From: Mytilus trossulus | Taxonomy: Eukaryota | Direction: 5' to 3' | NCBI RefSeq assembly: GCF_036588685.1 | Contig: NC_086382.1 | Coordinates: 32,922,001 to 32,986,000, forward strand | DNA: 64,000 bases | Shown: piece by piece, positions 39,178 through 52,028 of the stretch | Numbering within the stretch: the first letter of the stretch is position 1 | Layout of the letters: the number at the start of each line of letters is the position of its first letter | Position numbers and translations under genes: made by a program | Notes under the pieces: model-generated | The model's database searches: none | The model's input: only the letters and a program-made list of their open reading frames with translations | What the model was told of the DNA's origin: nothing

Positions 39178-39285
39178 TAGATAAATGCGGCTTAGTAAAA
39201 ACTGAAACAGACTGTTGTAACACCACTGCCAATGCTGGTTGTGCTTGGTTAGGAGCTTGTGCCAACAGCACAATGAAACTTAACG
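39178..39285 (+). CDS. Gene 5 exon 5 (108 nt; NAGNAG alternative start at 39181): Cys domain 2, first half
   Basis: TTTTACAG| (V)DKCGLVKTETDCCNTTANAGCAWLGACANSTMKLN G|GTAAGT; phase 1-1. Confidence 0.88.
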
Positions 39286-39306
39286 GTAAGTGTCTATAAA
39301 CTGCAT

Positions 39307-39739
39307 TATACTGCAAATCAGCTATTTTACTATACAGATAAAGCTATATGTATAAACGTAAGCTTTATACGTCAATGACCCCAACTAACCTATAAGCCCC
39401 GCCTCCTTATTGTATTTCATCAACACGTCACGACCATGACAACGTAAAGTAACAATGGTCAAACTTTTATGAATTTAAACTTTTATGTCTTCAAATTGGT
39501 TATTTATATACCATGGTTATCAAATGTTATCAATTAAGTTCATTTTCCCTTTCTAATTCCTTAATATGTCAATATTTTACCGCCTGGACTACGCTCATAG
39601 GGAAATACCCCAAAATGGTACCCCAAGAGGGAAATTCCAAACACTTTTTTTAATAATCGGTAGAACCTCGCATTTTCCCGTTTCTAAGCCTCATACAAAT
39701 AAATTTCATATTTCAAGACACTATACGTATATTGTCTAA
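39307..39739 (+). repeat. Dispersed repeat; inverted copy at 53405-53975
   Basis: Close reverse-complement match over ~400 bp. Confidence 0.8.
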
Positions 39740-40201
39740 GTGTTTGTCAGCACCATACACTTTAGCTGAAAAAAAGATATCTTTGTAAATTCTTTTGATA
39801 TAACTCTCTTTCTAGATGGCAATTGTTCTTATGTTATGTATTAATACACTTAATTAAAATATTGCAACTAATGTTTACAACCTATTATATATAAAGATAT
39901 ATTGATATTTTTGTTAGAATACATTATTGATGAGCATGATCAAAAGATCTAGAACTAAAACGTTTTTATTAACCAACTTCCTTTAAATATTGATAGCTAT
40001 ATAAGTATTTGATTGGTTCAGACTGCCCATGTGACAGTACCTTTTTAACATGGAAATTCTGAGATTGTTAGATATAATGGGATCTCTATAAAAAGGGTTT
40101 GGTATATATTTATTATTTTGCTAATTTTGGGCACTTTGATATGCAAATAAAGTATTTGTTTTGTTTGTTATTACTAACCATATTTTTGTATTATGTTTTA
40201 G

Positions 40202-40258
40202 CTTGCTACAATGCCACTGATTTACCAAAACGTTGTAATAATGAATCCACAGATTCAT
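40202..40258 (+). CDS. Gene 5 exon 6 (57 nt): Cys domain 2, second half
   Basis: TGTTTTAG| (A)CYNATDLPKRCNNESTDS T|GTAAGT; phase 1-1. Confidence 0.88.
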
Positions 40259-41046
40259 GTAAGTTTGATTTTAACCTCATTTTTTAAGGTCAAAGTTAAC
40301 AGACATGACAGACCTCAAATGAAAGCACTTCTTAGAGTTGACTTTATTAGTCAGAAAGATTTACTATATTAGCTAAAATGGAGGTATTGAGGTAACTTTA
40401 AGAGGAAATCACAAGAATTGTTTTGATGGTAGTTCATTATGTTTTATTCTTGTATGATTTTAAAAATGAGCAAAAGAACTTGCAAGAAAGCCTTTAAACA
40501 CAAAGAAGCTTTGGAATACTTCATGGAAGACCCCTCTGTTTTAAAAAAATTAGTTGAGCATTGCCCTAAAAGTTAGAAGTTGTAGGTGCATTTTTAAAAC
40601 AAATTCCACAACGAGCAAAGATATACATAGTTTTCGATACTGAGAATTTCTTCTGAATTTCATCTTTTAACTTGTGGTGCTCTTTATTGCAAAACTCTAG
40701 GACTGAAAATACGCATAAACTATGAGTATTTCAGTATGACAATTTTGATAATAAAATTTGTGTGTGAATTAGCAGCTGATGAAGTGTCGAAAACAAGAGA
40801 AAAAAAAGATTTACAGCATCAGTATTGAGAATTTTCTATTCTAAAAGTATCATACATTTCTTAACTGTTTGGAATAATGATGACAATCATAAACATGATA
40901 AAGGCTGTATGTATCCTTTACTCTATATATGATTTGTAAAATGATTTGTAAAATGATTTGTAAAATGTATAGTGATAGTCTATGGTGACCTATAGTTGAT
41001 AATTTTGTGTGGAGAGTTGTCTCATTGGCAATCATACCAAATCTTC

Positions 41047-42829
41047 TTTTTAGCTCACCTGGCCCAAAGGCCCAAGTGAGCTTTTCCCATCACTTTGCGT
41101 CCGTCGTCGTTGTTAACTTTTACAAAAATCTTCTCCTCTGAAACTACCCAGCCAAATTTAACCAAACTTGGCCACAATCATCATTAGGGTATCTAGTTTA
41201 AAAAATGTGTCAGATGACCCGGTCAACCTACAAAGATGGCCACCACGGCTAAAAATAGATCATAGGGGTAAAATGCAGTTTTTGGCTTATAACTCAAAAA
41301 CCAAAGCATTTAGAGCAAATCTGACATGGGGTAATATTGTTTATCAGGTCAAAATCTATCTTCCCTGAAATTTTCAGATGTATCGGACAACCCCTTGTTG
41401 GGTTGCTGCCCCTGAATTCGTAATTTTAAGGAAAATTTTGCTGTTTTTGGTTATTATCTTGAATATTATTATAGATAGAGATAAACTGTAAACAGCAATA
41501 ATGTTCAGCAAAGTAAGATTTACAAATAGATCAACATGGCCGAAATGGTCAGTTGACCCCTTTAGGAGTTATTGCCCTTTATAGTCAATTTTTAACCATT
41601 TTTCGTAAATCTTAGTTATCTTTTACCAAAATCTTCTCCTCTGAAACAACTGGGCCAAATTAAACCAAACTTGGCCACAACTATCATTCAGGTATCTAGT
41701 TAAAAAAATGTGTAGCGTGACCCAGTCAACCAACCAAGATGGCCGCCACAGCTAAAAATAGAACATAGGGGGAAAATGCAGTTTTTGGTTTATAACTCAA
41801 AAACCAAAGTATAAAGTTCAAATCTGACAGGAGTAAAATTGTTTATCAGGTCAAAATCTATATGCCCTGAAATTTTCAGATGAATCGGACAACCCCTTGT
41901 TGGGTTGCTGCCCCTGAACTGGTAATTTTAGGGAAATTTTGCTGTTTTTTGTTATTATCTTGAATATTATTATAGATAGAGATAAACTGTAAACAGCAAT
42001 AATGTTCAGCAAAGTAAGATTTACAAATAAGTCAACATTACCGAAATGGTCAGTTGACCCCTTTAGGAGTTATTGTCCTTTATAGTCAATTTTTAACCAT
42101 TTTTCATAAATCTTAGTAATCTTTTACAAAAATCTTCTTCTCTGATACTACTGGGCCAAATCAAACCAAACTTGGCCACAATCATCATTAGAGTATATAG
42201 TTTAAAAAATGTGTGGCGTGACCTGGTCAACCAACCAAGATGACCGCCATGGCTAAAAATAGAACATAAGGGTAAAATTCAGTTTTTGGCTTATAACTCA
42301 AAAACCAAAGCATTTTAAGCAAATCTGACATGAATTTAATTTGTTTATCAGGTTAAAATCTATATGCCCTGAAATTTTCAGATGAATCGGACAACCCGTT
42401 GTTGGGTTGTTGCCCCTGAACTGGTAATTTTAAGGAAATTTGGCTGTTTTTGGTTATTATCTTGAATATTATTATAGATAGAGATAAACTGTAAAAATTA
42501 ATAAATGTTGGCAAAGTAAGATCTACAAATAAGTCAACATGACCGAAATTGTCAGTTGACCACTTAAGCAGTTATTGCCCTTTATAGTCAAGTTCTAACC
42601 ATTTTTCGTAAATCTTAGTAATCTTTTACAAAAATCTTCTCTGAAACTACTGAGCCAAGTTAATTATAGATAGAGATAATTGTAACCAGCTAGAATGTTA
42701 AGTAAATTAAGATGTCTAAACACATCACCTTCACCAAAACACAATTTTGTCATGAATCCATCTGCGTCCTTTGTTTAATATTCACATAAACCAAGGTGAG
42801 CGACACAGGCTCTTTAGAGCCTCTAGGTT
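41047..42829 (+). mobile_element. Helentron-associated (HINE-like) element, family 1, with ~3.3 internal ~500-bp tandem units
   Basis: Starts TTTTAGCTCACCT followed by (GTC)n. Has subterminal IR AGGTGAGC, 3' hairpin AGGCTCTTTAGAGCCT and a T-run insertion site. Confidence 0.8.
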
Positions 42830-42890
42830 ATATTTGCAGAAAAATTAAATTGAAATGTATTTAAATTTGTACTTTTATTTTATTTTTCAG

Positions 42891-42899
42891 GTCTAACTA
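42891..42899 (+). CDS. Gene 5 exon 7 (9-nt micro-exon): (C)LT
   Basis: ACTTTTATTTTATTTTTCAG| GTCTAACTA |GTAAGT. Needed to complete Cys 8 of domain 2 and to avoid a stop codon. Confidence 0.75.
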
Positions 42900-44011
42900 G
42901 TAAGTTTATACAATACAATACAGCACATTGGGTTACAATAGTAGTTGCTTGCCTTTCCTGAGCACCTTATATAATTCTTAGTTTTTAGGTAAAGATTGCA
43001 TGAAATGCAATCTAAACCTTATTGGACTGACTTGATATATAAATCTTCCATGACTTATCACTACCTTTTTGATACAAAAAATATAGTGCATTTATCATAA
43101 CATCCTATCCATGAACATTTCCAGATATTTATCATTGTAATATATGTTCATATATTCATGGCACAAAATGATGTTAGACTTCAATGCCAAGGAAATATTT
43201 TTATCTTTTGCAAGGTGCAGGAATCTTAATATCTGTTCTAAAATTATAAATGATGTCATTGTTAAAGTCATTTCAATTTATCAGTTGGAGTTATCCAATG
43301 CAATATTTAATTTTACTTTCCACTGTTAAATTGAAGCAATCTTTATTGTTCAGTACTTACAATAACATTGCCTGGTTTGGTTCCATTTGTGTACTCTTTA
43401 GTTTTCAATGTTAGTGTTTTGTGGAGTAGTTAATATTATTGTAACAGCAGTTTTGGTTGTCATAAGTTTTAATGTCCCCTTAAATCTATTTAGCTCATCT
43501 TGTACCGAAGGCCAGTGAGCTTTTCCAATCTATTGCTGTCCATTGTCAGTTGTTGTCCATTGTCTGTGTTAAATTTTACAAAAATCTACTCCTCTGAAAC
43601 TCCTTGGCCGATTTTAACCAAACTTTACCACAATCTTTATGGTATCTTGTTTACATATGAGTCCTATTCACCATCTTGCTAAGCAATATGACTGCCATGG
43701 AAGGAAATAGCAAATAGGGGTAGAACGTAAAGATTATCTTATATCTTGAAAACACTAGATTTTTTTTTACATGGGCAGAAGTTAATGCCCTTTAATGATT
43801 TTTTAAAACAATTTTTGGCATTTTTGCCTATTTTCTTATAACTATAATAGATTGGGAGACCACATCTACGATTAAGCTTCAAAGGAGGAAATCATTCAGA
43901 GACTCCTGAATAGAATATTTGTCCTTAAATGATGATTTTTACCAATTTGCATGTTTTTGCATTATATCTTATGATACATATATATATATATATATATACT
44001 TTCATTTGGAA

Positions 44012-47000
44012 TTTTTATACGACCGCAAAATTTGAAAAAAATTTCGTCGTATATTGCTATCACGTTGGCGTCGTCGTCGTCACATATGAGTGAATAGAAA
44101 TCTATGAAATTTTAACACAAGGTTTATGACCACAAAAGAAAGGTTGGTATTGATTTTGGGAGTTTAGGTTCCAACAGTTTAGGAATAAGGGGCCAAAAAA
44201 GGGACCCAAATGAGCATTTTTCTTGGTTTTCGCACCATAACGTTAGTATAAGTAAATAGAAATCTATGAAATTTAAACACAATGTTTATGACCATAAAAG
44301 GAAGGTTGGTATAGATTTTGGGAGTTTTGGTCCCAACAGAATAAGGGGCCCAAAGGGGCCAAAATTAAACTTTGTTTGATTTCATCAAAAATTGAATAAA
44401 TGGGGTTCTTTGATATGCCAAATCTAACTGTGTATGTAGATTCTTCATTTTTGTTCCTGTTTTCAAATTGGTCTACATTAAAGTCCATAGGGTCCAAAAT
44501 TAAACTTAGTTTGATTTTAACAAAAATTGAAATCTTGGGGTTCTTTGATATGCTGAATCCAAACATGTACTTAGATTTTTGATTATGGGCCCAGTTTTCA
44601 AGTTGGTCCAAATCAGGATCTAAAATTAGTATATTAAGTATTGTGCAATAGCAAGTCTTTTCAATTGCACAGTATTGCGCAATGGCAAGAAATATCTAAT
44701 TGCACAATATTCTGAAATAGCAATTTTTATACGACCGCAAATTTTGAAAAAAAATTTGTCGTATATTGCTATCACGTTGGCGTCGTCGTCGTCGTCGTCG
44801 TCCGAATACTTTTAGTTTTCGCACTCTAACTTTAGTAAAAGTGAATATAAATCTATAAAATTTTATCACAAGGTTTATGACCACAAAAGGAAGGTTGGTA
44901 TTGATTTTGGGAGTTTTGGTCCCAACATTTTAGGAATTAGGGGCCAAAAAGGGCCCAAATAAGCATTTTCTTGGTTTTCGCACTATAACTTTAGTTTAAG
45001 TTAATAGAAATCTATGAAATTTTGACACAAGGTTTATGACCACAAAAGAAAGGTTGGGATTGATTTTGGGAGTTTTGGTTTCGATAGTGTAGGAATTAGG
45101 GGCCAAAAAAGGGCCCAAATAAGCATTATTCTTGGTTTTCGCACAAGAACTTTAGTTTAAGTGAATAGAAAATAATGAAATTTATACACAATGTTTATGA
45201 CCACAAAAGGAAGGTTGGTATTGATTTAAGGAGTTAAGGTCCCAACAGTTTAGGAATAAGGGGCCAAAAGGGACCCAAATAAGCATTTTTCTTGGTTTTC
45301 GCACCATAACTTTAGTATAAGTAAATAGAAATCTATGAAATTTAAACACAAGGTTTATGACCATAAAAGGAAGGTTGGTATTGATTTTGGGAGTTTTGGT
45401 CCAAACAGTTTAGGAATAAGGGGCCCAAAGGGTCCAAAATTAAACTTTGTTTGATTTCATCAAAATTGAATAATTGGGGTTCTTTGATATGCTGAATCTA
45501 ACTGTGTATGTAGATTTTTAACTTTCGGTCCCGTTTTCAAATTGGTCTACATTAAGGTCCAAAGGGTCCAAAATTAAACTTCGTTTGATTTTGACAAAAA
45601 ATTAATCGGTTGGGTTCTTTGATATGCTGAATCTAAAAATGTACTTAGATTCTTGATTATGGGCCCAGTTTTCAAGTTGGTCCAAATCGGGGTCCAAAAT
45701 TAAACTTTGTTTGATTTCATCAAAAATTGAATAAATGGGGTTCTTTGATATGCCAAATCTAACTGTGTATGTAGATTCCTCATTTTTATACGACCGCAAA
45801 TTTTGAAAAATTTTTCGTCGTTTATTGCTATCACGTTGGCGTCGTCGTCGTCCGAATACTTTTAGTTTTCGCACTCTAACTTTAGTAAAAGTGAATAGAA
45901 ATCTATGAAATTTTAACACAAGGTTTATGACCATAAAAGAAAGGCTGGTATTGATTTTGGGAGTTTTGGTCCCAACATTTTAGGAATTAGGGACCAAAAA
46001 GGGCCCAAATAAGCATTTTCTTGGTTTTCGCACTATAACTTTAGTTTAAGTTAATAGAAATCTATGAAATTTTGACACAAGGTTTATAACCACAAAATAA
46101 AGGTTGGGATTGATTTTGGGAGTTTTATTTTCAACAGTTTAGGAATTGGGGGCCAAAAAAGGGCCCAAATAAGCATTATTCTTGGTTTTCGCACAATAAC
46201 TTTAGTTAAAGTAAATAGAAATCAATGAAATTTAAACACAATGTTTATGACCACAAAAGGAAGGTTGGTATTGATTTTGGGAGTTTCGGTCCCAACAGTT
46301 TAGGAATTAGGGGCCAAAAAGGGACCCAAATAAGCATTTTTCTTGGTTTTCGCACCATAGTGTTAGTATAAGTAAATAGAAATCTATGAAATTTAAACAC
46401 AAGGTTTATGACTATAAAAGGAAAATTGGTATTGATTTTGGAAGTTTTGGTCCCAACAGTTAAGGAAAAAGGGGCCCAAAGGGTCCAAAATTAAACTTTG
46501 TTTGATTTCATCAAAATTGAATAATTGGGGTTCTTTAATATGCCGAATCTAACTGTGTATGTAGATTCTTAATTTTTGGTCCCGTTTTCAAATTGGTCTA
46601 CATTAAGGTCCAAAGGGTCCAAAATTAAACTTAGTTTGATTTTAACAAAAATTGAAACCTTGGGGTTCTTTGATATGCTGAATCCAAAAATGTACTTAGA
46701 TTTTTGATTATTGGCCCAGTTTTCAAGTTGGCCCAAATCGGGGTCCAAAATTAAACATTGTTTGATTTCATCAAAAATTGAATAATTGGGGTTCTTTGAT
46801 ATGCCAAATCTAACTGTGTATGTAGATTCTTAATTTTTGGTCCAGTTTTAAAATTGGTCTAAATTAAAGTGCAAAGGGTCCAAAATTAAACTAAGTTTGA
46901 TTTTAACAAAAATTAAATTCTTGGGCCTCTTTGATATGCTGAATCTAAACATGTACTTAGATTTTTGATTATGGGCCCAGTTTTCAAGTTGGTCCAAATC

Positions 47001-48607
47001 AGGATCTAAAATTATTATATTAAGTATTGTGCAATAGCAAGTCTTTTCAATTGCACAGTATTGTGCAATGGCAAGAAATATCTAATTTCACAATATTGTG
47101 AAATAGCAAATTTTTTTTTAATTAAGAGTTATCTTTCTTTGTCCAGTATAGTAAGCAAGAAATATCTGCAAGAATTTTTTTTAATTGGAGTTATCTTTCT
47201 TTGTCCAGAATCAACTTAAATCTTTGTTATATACAATATACAATGTATATTCACTTTTTACTACCAACTGATAAATTTAAATAATCTTTACCATTCAGTG
47301 ATAACAAGCAGTTTTTTACATCATGTATTAAAATGAGTAGTAATTGTTGCAAACTCCATTAGAATATTTTAATTGAAATTAGTTTTGGAATAAGGGAAAG
47401 GGGGATGTGAATAAAAAATTGGGTTAAATTTTTCTCATTTGAAATTTCATAAATAAAAAGAAAATTTCTTCAAACATTTTTTTGAGAGGATTAATATTCA
47501 ACAGCATAGTGAATTGCTCTAAGAGAAAACAAAAATTTTAAGTTCATTTAAATACATTCATTCTGTGTCAGAAACCTATGCTGTGTCAACTATTTAATCA
47601 CAATCCAAATTTAGAGCGGAATCCAGCTTGAATGTTGTGTCCATACTTGCCCCAACCGTTCAGGGTTCAACCTCTGCGGTCGTATAAAGCTACACCCTGC
47701 GGAGCATCTGGTTGGTCTTGTTTTCAAATTGGTCTACATTAAAGTCCAAAGGGTCCAAAATTAAACTTAGTTTGATTTTAACAAAAATTGAAATCTTGGG
47801 GTTCTTTGATATGCTGAATCCAAACATGTACTTAGATTTTTGATTCTGGGCCCAGTTTTCAAGTTGGTCCAAATCAGGATCTAAAATTATTATATTAAGT
47901 TTTGTGCAATAGCAAGTCTCTTCAATTGCACAGTATTGCGCAATGGCAAGAAATATCTTATTGCAAAATATTGTGAAATAGCAATTTTGTTTTTAATTAG
48001 AGTTATCTTTCTTTGTCCAGAATAGTAAGCAAGAAATATCTAATTGTAAGAATTTTTTTTATTTGGAGTTATCTTTCTTTGTCCAGAATCAACTTAAATC
48101 TTTGTTATATATACAATATACAATGTATATTCACTTTTTACTACCAACTGATAAATTAAAATAATCTTTACCATTCAGTGATAACAAGCAGTTTTTTTAC
48201 ATCTTAATATTTTATGATGTATTTAAATGAGTAGTAATTGTTGCAAACTCCATTAGAAATTTTAATTGAGATTAGTTTTGGAATAAGGGAAAGGGGGATG
48301 TGATTAAAAAAATTGGGTTCAATTTTTCTCATTTGAAATTTCATAAATAAAAAGAAAATTTCTTCAAACATTTTTTTGAGAGGATTAATATTCAACAGCA
48401 TAGTGAATTGCTCTAAGAGAAAACAAAAATTTTAAGTTCATTAGAACACATTCATTCTGTTTCAGAAACCTATGCTGTGTCAACTATTTAATCACAATCC
48501 AAATTTAGAGCTGAATCCAGCTTGAATGTTGTGTCCATACTTGCCCCAACCGTTCAGGGTTCAACCTCTGCGGTCGTATAAAGCTACACCCTGCGGAGCA
48601 TCTGGTT
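44012..48607 (+). mobile_element. Nested stack of HINE-like family 2 elements (heads at 44012, 44724, 45783; tails at 47713, 48607)
   Basis: Head TTTTTATACGACCGCA + (GTC)n. Tail TGCGGTCGTATAAAGCTACACCCTGCGGAGCATCTGGTT. Internal ~120-bp tandem units. Confidence 0.85.
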
Positions 48608-48748
48608 TCTTTTGCCTCTGATCTTTATACAATCTATATGATTAATACTTGTTTAGAAAAAATGTGCATGGGCCTAGTGATTAAATAATTGTTACCTGGC
48701 ATGATTGAAAAATATATTGTAATGTTTATCTTATTTATTTTGTATTAG

Positions 48749-48757
48749 AATTAAAAG
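48749..48757 (+). CDS. Gene 5 exon 8 (putative 9-nt micro-exon): (K)LK
   Basis: TTATTTATTTTGTATTAG| AATTAAAAG |GTAAGG; phase 1-1. Not required for frame, so less certain. Confidence 0.55.
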
Positions 48758-48907
48758 GTAAGGTATTGTATACATTCTATATTGTATGTTATTGGTTATG
48801 AAAAAAACACATTTTCATTCATAATTTTTTTTTCACATGTTTTGTGTTATGATTTAACCAAATTAATGCTGATAATGCTGCTTTAAGTTCCAGAAAACTA
48901 ATATGGT

Positions 48908-49165
48908 TTTGATGACCCACCTATGGGCATTATGTGTCTGTTCTTTCATCCCTCCGTCTGTCGATCCCTTTTAAGGTAAAATTTTGATCAGAGTAGTTTT
49001 TGGTGAAGTTGAAGTCCTATCAACTTCAAGTACATGTGATCCCTATGTTTTTATCTTTCTAATTTTAATGCTAAATTAGAGTTTTGCCCCAATTTCACAG
49101 TCCACTGAACATAGAAAATGATAGTGCGAGTGGGGCATTGATTTACCATGAACAAATTCTTGTTT
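48908..49165 (+). mobile_element. Short HINE/DINE-like element
   Basis: Homologous to 62785-63075 and to 16672-16910 (-). Confidence 0.6.
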
Positions 49166-50059
49166 GAGATTGAACTAACAACATAATTTAATAATGTTAT
49201 CTGCCTTTTATTTTGTTACTCTATTACACATAGTTATTGTATTAATTTCAAAACCCCACAACACTATAATTTGTAGAGGCTGAAGTACAGATTTATCTGT
49301 ATGTATGGTAACCGTAAAACCAAGATGATCTAACAATAGTACTATGACAATTATATTTCTTTGACATCCATATATGATTTTGGTTACAAGTAAACTATCC
49401 TCAATATATGGTGTTGCAATGTCTTTTTAATACATCACAATTTGGACAAAAACTACTTTAAAAATATTGTGAAAATTTTTGGTAATGTTTTAAAACCATT
49501 TGGCAAACAAGCTATCTTGTGGAGAGCTGTCTCATTGGCAATCATACCACATCTTCTTTTTGTGTGAGCATATATTCATAACATACAAAACATAGTTCCA
49601 ATAAAATAGTATCTTTTTCAGAAAATTAACAATTAAAGGTCACTTAATGGCCTATTATATAACAAAATGATAAATATACACAATACTACATGTTAAAATG
49701 CTATATTTTGATTGGTTTTTAACGAGGGAGACATTTAACTCTGTCCATGAATAACATTCTATTAATTTTCAAAGAGACACTTTATCATTTATGTGCTTTT
49801 TAGGTAAAGATTGCATGAATGAAATGCAATCTAAACCTTATGGGACTGACTTGATACCTAAATGTTCCAAGGCTTATGGCTTATCACTACCTTAGGCTTT
49901 TTTTATACTCAAAATATAGTGCATTAGTCATAACGTTCTATACATCCTATCCATGAAATTTATCGATGTAAAAAATTCTCAGATATTCAAGGGGGAAAAT
50001 TATGTTACACTTGTCAAGATAATTTTATACTGTAACTTTTGCAAGTTGCAGGAATCTAA

Positions 50060-50827
50060 TACTGTGAAAGTACTTTAATTCGTGGGTATCAATTTTCGTG
50101 GTTTGAGCAATATTTACATGTTCGTGGGTTTTTAAATTCGTGGATTTTAGTTTTCAAAAAAAAAAAAAAAAAGTGAAAAAATTAAAGCCTTTAGACACGC
50201 TGGATTGAAGGAAATTGCAAAGTAAACATTGAACCGTGTAAATCCTAGTGACAACATAAACCCAAGATAGAGTGATCAACAGATTAAAGACCATGCAAGG
50301 TGTAAATTAGGCCATAAACATTTCACCTAAAGAAAACAGCAACATAAACAAATGTGATAAACGTGTCTTAAATTGTCAAATGATTTTTTTCATAATCAAG
50401 CCCAGCATGAAATTATAATTTCCCACGTGTACGAAAACTATGAGGATATAAAATGAACACTTTATCATACATTGTCATACTAGCATATCAATACCGGAAA
50501 TCTGACTTTCATCATCAAAAACATTTTTTATGAGAATTAAAAAATCAAAAGTTGTACAGTTTAGGTTATTAAAGATTAAATGAGTATAATCTTGCATGAA
50601 GGTGTAGTTCTAGAGTGTGACTGCTATTATCGGTAAATTATTTTCCGATTTGGCGTTATTCAATACATTCTTTAGATCATATCAGTAGTCAAACTTACAT
50701 AAGGGTCTTTCTTGACTTTGTTTGGACAATGGTTATTTTATTTCGTTGGACACTTAAATTGGTGGATAAAGTCAACCACGAAAACCACGAAAATTGGTAC
50801 CCCACGAATAAAAGTACTTTCACAGTA
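50060..50827. mobile_element. Tc1/mariner-type MITE with TA target duplication
   Basis: TA-CTGTGAAAGTACTTT..TTCGTGGG pairs with CCCACGAA..AAAGTACTTTCACAG-TA. An empty site is visible in the paralogous segment at 43220-43243 (GGAATCTTAATATCTGTTCT). Confidence 0.88.
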
Positions 50828-51054
50828 TCTGTTCTCAAAATAGAATGGTGTCATTGTTAAAATCATCTTTGAAAAATTTGGAGTTATCTTCCTTTGTCTA
50901 GAATTGCTGTTAAATCAACTACCACCAATGCAAAAATTTATTTAACTTCCCACTGATGTATTGAAGCAATCTTTACCGTTCACTGCTTAATAATATCAGA
51001 GCAATCAGTATCATAATTTGAACAACACATACCTAACTACATGTAGGAAATGAA

Positions 51055-51664
51055 TAGAGCAGATTGTAACCCCTCAAAAACATTGTCAACCTTGGCTTTT
51101 CCTAAGTTGACAATGTTTTCTCTGGGTAACATTCTGCTCTATCACCTTCTCAGCTTTGGCTTTTCCCCAAGTTGGAAATGTTTTCTCAGGGTAACAATAT
51201 GCTCTAGCACCATAAGTTGACAATGTTTTCTCAGGGTAACAATATGCTCTAGCACCCTAAGTTGACAATGTTTTCTAAGGGTAACAATCTGCTCTATCAC
51301 CCTAATTTGACAATGTTTTCTAAGGGTAACAATATGCTCTAGCACCCTAAGTTGACAATGTTTTCTAAGGGTAACAATATGCTCTAGCAATCTAAGTTGA
51401 CAATATTTTCTCAGGGTAACATTCTGCTCTATCGCCTAAGTTGACAATGTTTTCTAAGGGTAACATTCTGCTCTATCACCCTAAGTTGACAATGTTTTCT
51501 AAGGGTAACAATATGCTCTAGCAATCTAAGTTGACAATATTTTCTCAGGGTAACAGTCTGCTCTATCGCCCTAAGTTGACAATATTTTCTCAGGGTAACA
51601 TTCTGCTCTATCGCCCTAAGTTGACAATGTTTTCTAAGGGTAACATTCTGCTCTATCACCCTCT
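51055..51664. repeat. 45-bp minisatellite (~12 copies) preceded by one inverted copy
   Basis: Unit CTAAGTTGACAATGTTTTCTAAGGGTAACAATATGCTCTAGCACC. Inverted arm at 51055-51090. Confidence 0.9.
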
Positions 51665-51706
51665 ATATGTACTACTGCTGATGAAAGTTAATTGTTTTCT
51701 TATCAG

Positions 51707-51823
51707 GAACCTGTAAATCTTTCATTAAGAAGGAGGAATGCTGTAACACCACCTTCACCCAGTTAACAGATTGTTTGTTCTATGAGTGTAAAAATAAGAC
51801 AGATCCTACAAAGAGTATCAGTG
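51707..51823 (+). CDS. Gene 5 exon 9 (117 nt): Cys domain 3, first half
   Basis: TTTTCTTATCAG| (G)TCKSFIKKEECCNTTFTQLTDCLFYECKNKTDPTKSIS G|GTATGT; phase 1-1. Confidence 0.88.
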
Positions 51824-52028
51824 GTATGTACATTATCTATTGTGTTGATGGTGTCAAAAACTGGCTATTTTAAATTTTGAATCAATTTTTAACCTGTTTT
51901 CGTAGTAAATATCGTAATTGATTTTATTAAAGTAATGTGGAGATTTACTAATTTAAGGGTTATTTTTTAACCGTCTGATTAAAAAAGTTCAGATTTTTTG
52001 TAATGTTGAATTCTCTCTTTATTATGAG

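Noticed and set aside
51142-51716. LRKHCQLR repeat ORFs and a CRISPR-like appearance
   Set aside because: A 45-bp minisatellite with no unique spacers, in eukaryotic intron context.
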